DNA from: an uncultured Clostridia bacterium
GTDB taxonomy: Bacteria; Bacillota; Clostridia; Christensenellales; CAG-138
Direction: 5' to 3'
DNA length: 64,000 nucleotides
Assembly: GCA_947168855.1 (NCBI GenBank)
Contig: CAMVNO010000003.1
Location: 24,574-88,573 of the forward strand
The position numbers and the translations under genes were made by a program. Shown piece by piece: positions 20,501-28,348 of the stretch (position 1 is the first letter of the stretch; every line of letters starts with the position of its first letter). The notes beneath the pieces are model-generated. The model was given only the letters and a program-made list of their open reading frames with translations, did not search any database and was not told where the DNA came from.

Positions 20501-20666
20501 ATTCAAGACGGATCGCCTTTCCGGCGGTGCAGAGGCATACACATTCCTTGGAACAGCCAATTATGTGAAGCATGAAGGTTCCCGTCCGATGAACATTACC
20601 TGGAGCCTCGACGCGCCGATCCCGGCGAAATACCTGAAGAAGACGAATAAGCTGGTGGTCGGTTGA
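17517..20666 (+). CDS. PLD-like nuclease / SF2 DEAD-DEAH helicase / DUF3427-type C-terminal domain protein
   Basis: HKD motif (LHAKAYIF...GSSNIS), Walker A (ATGTGKT), VDEFHH, LTATPER and QQLGRGLR. The last ~350 aa resemble DUF3427 by recollection. ATG 17517 follows ggagag. Confidence 0.85.
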   Translation: MLPTGLYEQIISKALDRELAISDKRSQTAPIDDAEAAKILAKYVAEIVERGLENVKDNGGGLNSQVELVNRIVSTIVNETREEAFEGMSVAERAEQLLALLDTKNTIHAVDARAEIVRPETSIAQSSLFTGAVHEPQMYTELKKEIVSCDRIDMIVSFIKWSGLRLIINELTEFTQNGGELRIITTSYMGATDVKAIEELRKLPNTRIKVSYNTNITRLHAKAYIFYRDTGFTTAYVGSSNISNAALTSGLEWNTKITKKDLPETIDKVAATFEFYWNDKEFEYYDEGQCERLARALKAERYHDTNNPALYTVDVQPYSYQQEILDRLDAERTVRGYYRNLVVAATGTGKTIISALDYKRFCKRNPDKPCRLLFVAHREEILQQSIAAFRAVLKDANFGALFVGNYRPESIDHLFMSIQTFNSQSFTEKTTADLYDYIIVDEFHHAAAPTYQKLLSYYQPKILLGLTATPERMDGRSILPYFNNRIAAEIRLPEAIDRKLLCPFQYFGVTDTIDLDSLKWARGGYDRAELSNIYTFSGYEARRRADHVISSLLKYVTDIDDVKGLGFCVTIEHAGFMAEYFNAHGIPSICLTGESSDEERKTAKRRLVSGEIRFIFVVDIYNEGVDIPEVNTVLFLRPTESLTIFLQQLGRGLRLAENKDCLTVLDFIGQANRKYNFEDKFAALLSNTTRGVSREIKEGFTSLPKGCYVQLEKKAESYILDNIRASYGSSAGLVSRIEGFEKDTGRELTLANFLEYYHLDPRAIYKYATFSRLCARAGVMDDFIEPLEETLTKAFSRLAVIDSRRWIRFLLDLLPRLDDVDFAALPDLEKRMLQMFYVTVWSKTADDWNSDEVLDNLYALADSPVLLGELCTLLQYRYDHIDFIDEPVDLGFECPLDLHCTYTRDQLLVALDFMKPATVREGVKWLPDKKLDVFFVTLNKADKDYSPTTMYNDYSINSELFHWQSQSTTAAESPTGQRYIHHQERGSRVLLFVREFKTDRLSGGAEAYTFLGTANYVKHEGSRPMNITWSLDAPIPAKYLKKTNKLVVG

Positions 20667-20667
20667 T

Positions 20668-21093
20668 ATGAAAACAATTAGAGTTGTCGCAGCCATCATC
20701 CATAAAGACGGAAAGATCTTTGCAACGCAGCGCGGATACGGCGCGTACAAGGATTATTGGGAATTCCCCGGCGGAAAGATCGAAGCAGGGGAGACGCCGG
20801 AACAGGCACTGGTTCGCGAAATCCAGGAAGAGCTTGCAACAACGATCCGAATCGAACGGTTCCTGACGACGGTGGAGTATGATTATCCGGAATTCCATCT
20901 GTCCATGGATTGCTTTATCTGCACCATCGTACAAGGTAAATTGGACCTTCTGGAGCACGAATCCGCTCGCTGGCTTTCGAAGGAACATTTGCACGATGTA
21001 AACTGGTTGCCCGCAGATTTATTGGCTGTTGATAAACTTGGGAAAGGATCTTGGGCAGATCAGGGTATGTGCTGTAAGAAAAGCAGATTCTAA
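20668..21093 (+). CDS. NUDIX hydrolase (MutT / (d)NTP pyrophosphohydrolase-like)
   Basis: Perfect Nudix box GGKIEAGETPEQALVREIQEEL. Starts 1 nt after the helicase stop. Confidence 0.9.
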   Translation: MKTIRVVAAIIHKDGKIFATQRGYGAYKDYWEFPGGKIEAGETPEQALVREIQEELATTIRIERFLTTVEYDYPEFHLSMDCFICTIVQGKLDLLEHESARWLSKEHLHDVNWLPADLLAVDKLGKGSWADQGMCCKKSRF

Positions 21094-21136
21094 TATCGAA
21101 CAAGCATCTGCAAATCTATTCGCGAATACTATACTG

Positions 21137-21595
21137 CTAAAAGGCCCAGCCTTCAGCGGCACATAAACCATTAATGTTTACTGTACAAATCCCATATGAC
21201 CTGCATATATAGGGGATTTTATTCTGTTTATCTTGGTTCTCTTCGGTGATGATTGTCAGATGATACTTCATCGCTGTAGCTATTAAAAACGCATCACCAG
21301 AGGAGGAACCCTTACCTCCAGAGGAAAAATCTATCATCTTAGGGTGTTCGGTTACTATTTTTCTAACATTTCGTTGCACATCGTTGTCAATCGGGATAAT
21401 GACACATTGCTTTGTTTTTAGCCATGTTCCGACATAACTATCATTTTCCACTTCTTCTTCGATCTCTGAACAAGTAACAATCAATTGCTCAGTTATATAT
21501 TTCTCAACTGATGCCCACAAGCTTCTATGTGTTTGACGTGGGAAAGAATCAGATGGTTTCTGCGCAAAAATTGATGATGAATCAATTTGTACCAT
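21137..21595 (-). CDS. DUF4411-like PIN-fold protein (putative orphan toxin/nuclease)
   Basis: 152 aa. GDAFLIATAMKY...TIITEE and the C-terminal IPYICRSYGI resemble DUF4411 by recollection. No partner gene remains upstream; the IS starts 28 nt away. Confidence 0.5.
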   Translation of the reverse strand: MVQIDSSSIFAQKPSDSFPRQTHRSLWASVEKYITEQLIVTCSEIEEEVENDSYVGTWLKTKQCVIIPIDNDVQRNVRKIVTEHPKMIDFSSGGKGSSSGDAFLIATAMKYHLTIITEENQDKQNKIPYICRSYGICTVNINGLCAAEGWAF

Positions 21596-21622
21596 TCCAA
21601 AGCATTGTTTCTAATATGTATT

Positions 21623-22635
21623 CTGGTTATCGGTTTTAATCAGCAAAATACAAGATATAGGTTAATGTGCCTTTTATGGGACATCGGCCATGGTATACTT
21701 GGTGCATAGAGAACGAAAGGCGGCGTGAGCTATGCACCACAAGGAAGAATTGAGTCTGAGAAAGTTTCTGAATCGTTTCCCGACTGAGGAAAGCTGCGAA
21801 GAATACCTGTTTCAGCAGAAGTGGCCGGACGGGTTTATTTGCCCGAAGTGTGGTTGCCGTGAGTTTTACCACATCAAGGGACGTAAGCTGTATCAGTGTA
21901 AGCACTGCCGTCACCAGAGCTCCGTCACGGCAAACACCGTCATGCACAGAACACACAAGCCACTGACGACATGGTTCCAGGCCATCTACTTTGTTGCATC
22001 CGACAAGCGCGGTATTTCCGCTTGCACCTTAGCCGGCAAACTGGATATTTCTTATGAAACAGCCTGGTATATGCTTGTTCGCATTCGCAAGGCCATGGAT
22101 CACAGGGAAAGCCAGTATATGCTTGCAGGCATTGTTGAGCTGGACGACTCCTACTTCGGAGCAAAAATCAAGGGCAAGCGTGGCCGTGCTGCTGGAAACC
22201 AGAGTGTGATTGTTTGCGTGTCGAAGGACAGCAAGGACCGCCCTCAATTCTTGAAAATGACTGTAGTGCCGAATGTACAGCGGTCTACAGTAGAGCAATT
22301 TGTGGATGCCGCCATTGAAAAAGGCACAACCGTTCAAACTGATAGCTACCGCAGCTATATCAAGCCTCTCAGAAAAGGATACAACCACGAGTCTGCGGAT
22401 TTTGATCCGAACAGTGAGCATTTGAAATGGCTCCACACCATCATTGGCAACGCGAAAGCCTTTCTGAAGGGCACTTACCACGGTACAAGCACGAAATACT
22501 TGCAGTCTTATCTCAGCGAGTTCTGCTATAGATTCAACCGCAGGAGCTTTCACGGGCAGATCTTTGACCGCTTGGTCCTTGCCGTTTCCTCCTGCAACTA
22601 AATCTTGTGCCTTGCTGAGTTAAGCCGATAACCAG
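21623..22635 (+). mobile_element. IS1595-family insertion sequence
   Basis: Imperfect 22-bp terminal inverted repeats: ctggttatcggttttaatcagc at 21623-21644 and gctgagttaagccgataaccag at 22614-22635. They flank a single transposase gene. Confidence 0.8.
21732..22601 (+). CDS. IS1595-family (ISXO2-like) transposase
   Basis: 289 aa. N-terminal zinc ribbon (CPKCGC...CKHCRHQ) followed by a DDE domain (ELDDSYFG...). Confidence 0.88.
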   Translation: MHHKEELSLRKFLNRFPTEESCEEYLFQQKWPDGFICPKCGCREFYHIKGRKLYQCKHCRHQSSVTANTVMHRTHKPLTTWFQAIYFVASDKRGISACTLAGKLDISYETAWYMLVRIRKAMDHRESQYMLAGIVELDDSYFGAKIKGKRGRAAGNQSVIVCVSKDSKDRPQFLKMTVVPNVQRSTVEQFVDAAIEKGTTVQTDSYRSYIKPLRKGYNHESADFDPNSEHLKWLHTIIGNAKAFLKGTYHGTSTKYLQSYLSEFCYRFNRRSFHGQIFDRLVLAVSSCN

Positions 22636-22673
22636 ATAATTTATTTGTATCGCTGCCTGTGTCCTGACGCAAA

Positions 22674-22708
22674 TCCCCACGGTAATTTTGATACAATTAC
22701 CGTGGGGA
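22674..22708. terminator. Perfect 14-bp stem hairpin
   Basis: tccccacggtaatt / ttgatac / aattaccgtgggga, followed by tactttt. Confidence 0.5.
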
Positions 22709-22849
22709 TACTTTTATGCCAAAATTGGCCTTTTTCGCCTCAAAAGTGCGCTGACAAGGTGAATTTGAAGTATTCTGAGGCCCAAGAGATCATCTGGTGA
22801 GGCCGGTTTTAGGGACATTTTGCCCTGATTTTCTGCTTTTCAGGACAAA

Positions 22850-22965
22850 AATCACGCGATTATAGAGGAGAAATCGCGTGATTTATGGGGGTAATCGCGT
22901 GATTTATGGGGTAATCGCGTGTTTTTAGTGGTAATCGCGTGTTTTTAGTAGTAATCGTCGATGGT
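22850..22965. repeat. Iteron-like array with core TAATCGCGTG (about five direct copies at 20-21 bp spacing plus one inverted copy)
   Basis: Reading gives aatcacgcgatt (inverted), then (g)taatcgcgtgatttatgggg x2, taatcgcgtgtttttagt(g/a)g x2, then taatcgtcgatgg. Confidence 0.8.
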
Positions 22966-23187
22966 AGATTGATTGCCGAAGGCATCAACCGATGCGATTG
23001 CCGCTTGTTTACTGGAGAATTCCATATCTTCGACCGCGAAGGGAATTGAATTCCTGGTGCAGATTGAGTAGCGATTGTGACCGTCAAGAATCACATTATT
23101 CCACACGATGATCGGATCAATACAGCCGTTCCGGCATATGTTCTCCTCCAATCGGCGCCGTTCATCTTGGCTAAGAGGATGAATCAG
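22945..23187 (-). pseudogene. ParB-like N-terminal (nuclease/sulfiredoxin-fold) domain fragment, 5'-truncated
   Basis: LIHPLSQDERRRLEENICRNGCIDPIIVWNNVILDGHNRY matches the ParB-N pattern. The upstream part of the listed ORF is antisense of the GC-rich patch and is not native. Confidence 0.6.
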
Positions 23188-23188
23188 C

Positions 23189-23530
23189 GTGCTGAATGAT
23201 TTCGACGGCAGCTTTGACAAGCCCCTGACCCGGGAGGCCGCCGGTCCCCTGGCGGATGCCCTGGAGGCGGTGCGGCTGGGGCCCTCCGCTGTCAACAGGC
23301 AGCCCTGGCGGGTGCTGCTGCGGGAGGGCTGGGCCCACTTCTACGAGAAGCGCGGCAAGGGCATGGAGAACGAAACTGGCGACGTGCAAAAGGTGGATCT
23401 GGGTATCGCCCTTTGCCACTTTGAGCTGGCGGCCCGGGAGGGGGGCCTGTTTCCTCTCTTCCGGCTCTCCGATCCCGGCATTCCCACGGAGGCGGACACC
23501 CAATACATCGCCTCCTATCAAATTCAATAA
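23189..23530 (+). pseudogene. Nitroreductase-family C-terminal fragment
   Basis: AVRLGPSAVNRQPWRV...DLGIALCHFELAA is typical of the C-terminal half of nitroreductases. The N-terminal half is missing. The fragment starts exactly at the composition junction. Confidence 0.6.
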
Positions 23531-23549
23531 ACATCCACAGGAGGGACTT

Positions 23550-24674
23550 ATGAGCATCCACATGGACAAAAAGCTGGGCTTTGGGGCCATGCGCCTGCCC
23601 CTGCGGGACTCGGAGGACCAAACCAGCATCGACCTGGACCTGGTCTGCCGGATGGTGGATCTGTATCTGGAGCGGGGCTTCCGCTACTTCGACACCGCCT
23701 ACCCCTACCATGAGGGCCATTCTGAGGCGGCCCTGCGACGTTGCCTGGTGGAGCGCTATCCCCGGGAGCGCTTTCTGTTGGCGGACAAGATGCCCCTGTT
23801 CCGGGTGAAGACTGCCGAGGACTATGACCGGCTTTTTCAGGAACAGCTGCAGCGCTGCGGTGTGGACTGGTTTGACGTGTATCTGCTGCACAACCTGGGC
23901 CGGGTCAGCCTGCCCGCCACGGAGCGGCTGGGGGGCTTTGAATTCCTGCTCCGCCTGAAGGAACAGGGTCTGGCCCGGAACGTGGGCTTCTCCTTCCATG
24001 ACGACGCGGAGACCCTGGACCAAATTCTCACGGCCCACCCGGAGGTGGACGTGGTTCAGCTGCAAATCAACTATCTGGATTGGAACGGGGCTGTGGCCCA
24101 GTCCGGGAAGTGCTACGAGACCGCGAAGCGCCACGGCAAGGAGCTCATCGTCATGGAGCCCGTGAAGGGCGGCCAACTGGCCAATCTGCCGAAGCCGGCC
24201 ATGGAACTGTTCACCGACTTCTACGGAAGCCAGGCCCCCTCCCCTGCCAGCCTGGCCATCCGCTATGTGGCCACCCTGGACCAGGTGAAGGTGGTGCTCA
24301 GCGGCATGAGCAGCCTGGAGCAGCTGGCGGACAACACCGGCTATATGCAGGACTTCCGGCCCCTCTCCCAGGGGGAGTTGGAGCTGACGGAGCGGATCGA
24401 GCGGGTTATGAAGCGGGCCATCAAGGTTCCCTGCACCGGCTGCCGCTACTGCATGGAGGTCTGCCCGATGCAGATCGCCATTCCCGAGTACTTCGGTCTG
24501 CCGAACCTTCACGCCGTCACCGGGAAGAAGACCAATATGTATTACAATCGCTATTCCCTGCACCACGGCAAGGCCTCCGAGTGTCTGAAATGCGGCCTCT
24601 GCGAGAAAAAATGCCCCCAGCACATCCCCATCCGGAAAATGCTGGAGGACTTTGCAGCTCTGTACGAGGGCTGA
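23550..24674 (+). CDS. Aldo/keto reductase with C-terminal 4Fe-4S cluster region
   Basis: LGFGAMRLP...RYFDTAYPYHEGHSE..., then CTGCRYCMEVCP and CLKCGLCEKKCP. RBS aggaggg. Codon style is very GC3-rich. Confidence 0.85.
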   Translation: MSIHMDKKLGFGAMRLPLRDSEDQTSIDLDLVCRMVDLYLERGFRYFDTAYPYHEGHSEAALRRCLVERYPRERFLLADKMPLFRVKTAEDYDRLFQEQLQRCGVDWFDVYLLHNLGRVSLPATERLGGFEFLLRLKEQGLARNVGFSFHDDAETLDQILTAHPEVDVVQLQINYLDWNGAVAQSGKCYETAKRHGKELIVMEPVKGGQLANLPKPAMELFTDFYGSQAPSPASLAIRYVATLDQVKVVLSGMSSLEQLADNTGYMQDFRPLSQGELELTERIERVMKRAIKVPCTGCRYCMEVCPMQIAIPEYFGLPNLHAVTGKKTNMYYNRYSLHHGKASECLKCGLCEKKCPQHIPIRKMLEDFAALYEG

Positions 24675-24743
24675 ACCATAATCATGCTCCCTCCGGAATG
24701 ACAGCAATTCCTGTCTCCCGGAGGGAGCTTTTTGCGTGAAAAA

Positions 24744-26108
24744 TCAGTGATCCACAATGACGCTGCCCCGGTTTTTCCAGCTGCCCTTCCGGTAGTAGAC
24801 CAGCATGGCGGCACTGGTGAGGATCCAGGACACGGGATAGCAGAGGCAGAGAACAAAGAGGGTGTGGATCTGGGCGAAGAGGGTGACGATCCAGACAATC
24901 CGCAGCAGGCAGATGCCCAGGCCGATGATGATGACGGGCCGCACCGCGTCGCCGCAGCCCCGGAGCACGCCGGAGAGCACCTCGATCACCACCCAGGTGA
25001 AGTAGTAGGGCACGAAGTAGATCATCATGAGCCAGGTGGTGTCCCGCACCGCCTGGTCCTTGGTGAGGATGTAGAGCAGGGGACGTCCGGTTAACATAAT
25101 GATTCCCGACAGGGTCAGGGTGATGACGGTGGCGAGAATCATGCCCTGCTTGACGCAGAGCTTCACCCGGTCGTCCCGGCCCGCGCCTCGGTTCTGACCC
25201 ACGAAGCTGGTAATGGCGGCGCCCAGGGCGTTGCTGACGGCCCAGAAAATGCCGTCGGTCTTGCCGGTCATGACCCAGGAGGCCACCACCACGGTGCCCA
25301 GGGAGTTGACGCCCACCTGGATGATCATGTTGGACACGGCGTACATGGAGGACTGGAGTCCCGCGGGGACGCCCAGCCGCAGCATGTTTTTCAGGTAGAC
25401 GCCATTCAGCCGCAGCTCCCGGAGGCTCAGCCGGTAGCTCTCCTTGGTGGTCATCAGCCTCCAGGTCAGCATACCCATATTCAACACCTGGGCCGCCACG
25501 GTGGCCACGGCCACCCCGGCTACGCCCCAGCCCAGCACCAGCACAAAGAGGCTGTCCAGCAGAACGTTGGTGACGCAGCCCGCCACCATGTACAGGAAGG
25601 GACTGACGGAGTCCCCCACGGAGCGGAGCATGTTGGACTCCATATTCAGCACCAGAATGAAAGGCACCCCGATGAAGTAGATCCGCAGATAGAGAATGGC
25701 GTCCTCCAGGGTGTCCGCCGGGGTCTTCAGCAGCCGCAGCATGGCCGGGGACAGCACCAGGCCGAAGCCCATCAGCAGCAGCCCCAGCAGGGCGAAGACC
25801 GCAATGGCGTTGCCGGCGGCGATCTGCACGTCCCGGGCCCGGTTGGCCCCGTAGACCTGGGCGATGACCACCGAGGCCCCGGAGGTGATGGCCACGAAGA
25901 AGCCGATCAGCAGATTGATGATCTGTGCGGAGCTGCCGCCCACGGCGGCCAGGGCAGTGGTGCCCACGAAGCGACCCAGGATCAGGCCGTCCACGGCGTT
26001 ATAGAGCTGCTGGATACAGGTCCCGGCGGCGATGGGCAGGAAGAAGATCAGCAACTTCTTCCACACCACGCCCTCCGTCAGGTTTTTTCGGTCTAAGTGT
26101 TGTTCCAT
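24744..26108 (-). CDS. MATE-family efflux transporter
   Basis: 454 aa, 12 TM, with the canonical N-terminus (LLIFFLPIAAGTCIQQLYNAVDGLILGRFVG). Confidence 0.9.
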   Translation of the reverse strand: MEQHLDRKNLTEGVVWKKLLIFFLPIAAGTCIQQLYNAVDGLILGRFVGTTALAAVGGSSAQIINLLIGFFVAITSGASVVIAQVYGANRARDVQIAAGNAIAVFALLGLLLMGFGLVLSPAMLRLLKTPADTLEDAILYLRIYFIGVPFILVLNMESNMLRSVGDSVSPFLYMVAGCVTNVLLDSLFVLVLGWGVAGVAVATVAAQVLNMGMLTWRLMTTKESYRLSLRELRLNGVYLKNMLRLGVPAGLQSSMYAVSNMIIQVGVNSLGTVVVASWVMTGKTDGIFWAVSNALGAAITSFVGQNRGAGRDDRVKLCVKQGMILATVITLTLSGIIMLTGRPLLYILTKDQAVRDTTWLMMIYFVPYYFTWVVIEVLSGVLRGCGDAVRPVIIIGLGICLLRIVWIVTLFAQIHTLFVLCLCYPVSWILTSAAMLVYYRKGSWKNRGSVIVDH

Positions 26109-26111
26109 GGG

Positions 26112-26738
26112 TCACTGCTCCTCAAACCACTTCTCCGCGAAGTCCCCCAGGGCCTCGGTGAGCTTTTTGATGTCCCAGCCGGTGGTGTTCACCGTCAACT
26201 CGAAGGCGCTGCCGTCGCCGCTGGCTTTGCCGGTGAGGATTTCCCGGGTGTTGGCCCGATTCTGGTCGATGCGGCGGATGTTCCGCAGAATCTGCTTCTC
26301 TGTCAGCCGTTCCTCTTGGGGACGGTTTGCCTCGTGTCCCATGCAGCGGGCCAGTCGGGCCTGCAGATCTGCGCAGACGAAAATCCGGAAGGGATGATAG
26401 TCCTCCAGAATCAGGTCCGCGTCCCGGCCGATGATGATGCAGTCGTTCCCCAGGACGGCGATGTCCCGCAGCACATCCCGCTCCCGCCGCAGCAGCTGGG
26501 CGCTGTGACCCGGGTCATACAGCAGGTGGGAAAAGCTGTTGCGGTAGGTGAGCTGGACATTGTGCCAGCCGTGGTTGGCCAGGGCCCGCTTCACGTCTTC
26601 CGGATCCAGGCCGTGCTCCGCCGCCAGGGTGTCGATGATTTCCTTGTCGTAATAGTCCCAGCCCAACCGGTCCGCCAGGCGCTTTCCCAGCTCCCGGCCC
26701 CCGCTGCCGAACTGGCGGCTGATGGTGATGATTCGCAT
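26112..26738 (-). CDS. Cytidylate kinase-like AAA family protein
   Basis: MRIITISRQFGSGGRELGKRLA... P-loop. ATG at 26738 is preceded by ggagg. The longer ORF-track start is probably spurious. Confidence 0.8.
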   Translation of the reverse strand: MRIITISRQFGSGGRELGKRLADRLGWDYYDKEIIDTLAAEHGLDPEDVKRALANHGWHNVQLTYRNSFSHLLYDPGHSAQLLRRERDVLRDIAVLGNDCIIIGRDADLILEDYHPFRIFVCADLQARLARCMGHEANRPQEERLTEKQILRNIRRIDQNRANTREILTGKASGDGSAFELTVNTTGWDIKKLTEALGDFAEKWFEEQ

Positions 26739-26861
26739 AATGGATTGCCTCCGAATGTCGTTTTCGTTCCTTCTGATTATATCACAAGTTTCCTCCTGAG
26801 CAAGGGGCAAGCATCCAAAGAAGCCTGCGGGCTGAACTGTTACTGCAGGCTCCATTCATAT

Positions 26862-27401
26862 GTTAAATATTTTTTCGCGAATCCCTTTATCACACGTGAC
26901 TATGCGAAAGCAAAGGAATGGATAAAGGGGCAGGTTCGCGGATCCCAACGCTGCGGAGTTCTTGCCTGCAGCAGTGCTCAGAGACTTAAGCCGGAAGGGA
27001 TCTACGTTCCAACGGAAATTGATGTGAAGAACTGGTTCCTTGCTCCGAGCGATGATCTTCGTTCTTCAAATATGATGGAAATCGTCGCAAGTGAGTTTAA
27101 GGTTCAAGGCCTTGAAATTGATTGGGCAGTCGTTTGCTGGGATGCTGATTTAAGAAGGAAAGTGAGCGGGAACGGATGGGATTACTATAGTTTCCGGGGA
27201 ACAAAATGGACAAAAAGAAACCAGATTGCGCAGCAAAGATACTTGATTAATTCATATCGAGTGTTGCTTACAAGAGCACGGCAGGGCATGGTTATATTTG
27301 TTCCGCAAGGTGTAGATGCAGAAGAAGATGAAACGCGCAATTCTGTTTTCTATGATCAAATCTACAGCTATTTGATCTCCTGCGGGATCAAAGAATTATA
27401 A
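26862..27401 (+). pseudogene. DUF2075-type (Schlafen-like ATPase) C-terminal fragment, 5'-truncated
   Basis: The tail ...SYRVLLTRARQGMVIFVP... is characteristic of DUF2075 C-termini. The upstream portion of the listed ORF is antisense of the GC-rich patch. Confidence 0.55.
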
Positions 27402-27409
27402 TAATGATT

Positions 27410-27440
27410 CGGAGCGCGCATCATTTCGATGCGCGCTCCG
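27410..27440. terminator. Bidirectional terminator between convergent genes
   Basis: cggagcgcgcatc / atttc / gatgcgcgctccg, followed by gtctgttttt. Confidence 0.7.
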
Positions 27441-27448
27441 GTCTGTTT

Positions 27449-28348
27449 TTATTTGTCGTCTTCATCATCAGAATGCTTCATCCGATAATATCGTCCGCAG
27501 CGGTCGCTGCAGAACTTTTGATTCGGTCGGGATGCGAAAAACGCTTTATCGCAGTTCTTGCACATCTTAATCGGAGAATGCGGATCGGTCATCGTGAATG
27601 CAAATGCCATCTGTATGGCGTGCAGCAGAGAATGAAAATCCCATATCAGCATCGGACCGTTGTCTTCCAGGGCAATATGACATGTCGGAGACGATCCTTC
27701 AAACATTTTCATGCCCCAGCGCAGCGTCTCTTTTTCATCCTCGGTCAAAGGATCGTTATAGTAAAAGAACACGGACAGAAAATTGAAGGCAATGGATTTG
27801 AATGCTTTTTCCTGCCATTCAATGTCTTCGGCATATTCGTGAAGGAAACTCATTTGCATGGCGATCGGCGTATAAGCGTCGCAGGTGAGCATCAAAGCCT
27901 GGATCTGATCGTCGCCTTCGACATCCCACTCCACGTAATCACCGGCCTTCCTGTACGTCGGCTTTTTGAACGGAAAGAACAGATCAGTATACGCTTTCGT
28001 TTCCATCGATTCAGCACGAATGAAATCGTTTTTCGGAAGATAAACATAGTGATAGTCCATAAATCGCGGCGTGGTCGGCAGAGCTGTCATCAGACCGAGC
28101 AGCCCGTAATTCCCTGCGAATTTCAGGATATCTTGTTCAATCAGCGGCCGGGGTTTCTTCGACATGATCGCCAATCCGATATTGACGGCATCCAGCACAA
28201 GCTGCTTTGCGTTCTCAAGGGGATTAATCAACTCAAGCTTCGCACCGTCGACGGCGGTCAGATATCGCTTCCCGTTATCCGCTTTTTGAATGCGATAGTC
28301 CGCATAACGCACCCAAAATGTAGATACATTTTTAAACAGATCCATCAT
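27449..28348 (-). CDS. Hypothetical protein with C-terminal zinc ribbon (mobile-element accessory)
   Basis: 299 aa ending CKNCDKAFFASRPNQKFCSDRCGRYY. Overlaps the stop of the upstream gene by 4 nt. The (+) 332-aa ORF here has R/H/F-rich junk composition. Confidence 0.65.
   Translation of the reverse strand: MMDLFKNVSTFWVRYADYRIQKADNGKRYLTAVDGAKLELINPLENAKQLVLDAVNIGLAIMSKKPRPLIEQDILKFAGNYGLLGLMTALPTTPRFMDYHYVYLPKNDFIRAESMETKAYTDLFFPFKKPTYRKAGDYVEWDVEGDDQIQALMLTCDAYTPIAMQMSFLHEYAEDIEWQEKAFKSIAFNFLSVFFYYNDPLTEDEKETLRWGMKMFEGSSPTCHIALEDNGPMLIWDFHSLLHAIQMAFAFTMTDPHSPIKMCKNCDKAFFASRPNQKFCSDRCGRYYRMKHSDDEDDK

Noticed and set aside
17517-20666. Interpreting the PLD-helicase protein as the R subunit of a classical Type I/III restriction system
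   Set aside because: No methyltransferase or specificity gene is adjacent. The neighbouring coupled gene is a NUDIX hydrolase. I kept it as a stand-alone helicase-nuclease candidate.
23292-24707. 471-aa minus-strand ORF and the 472-aa plus ORF starting at 23256 across the GC-rich patch
   Set aside because: The minus ORF is antisense junk with G/A/P/L-rich low complexity. The plus ORF's first ~98 codons run through the nitroreductase fragment in a different frame. The real AKR start is ATG 23550, which has an aggaggg RBS.
5714-26108. The two MATE-type genes (5714-7471 and 24744-26108) as a nucleotide-level duplication
   Set aside because: The sequences and codon styles differ completely, and no shared nucleotide stretches are visible. 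The similarity is at family level only.
26097-26861. N-terminal 255 codons of the 434-aa plus-strand ORF 26097-27401
   Set aside because: This part is antisense to the cytidylate-kinase-like gene and has GC-rich junk composition. Only the AT-richer 3' part (about 26862-27401) shows DUF2075-type sequence, so I called it a 5'-truncated fragment.
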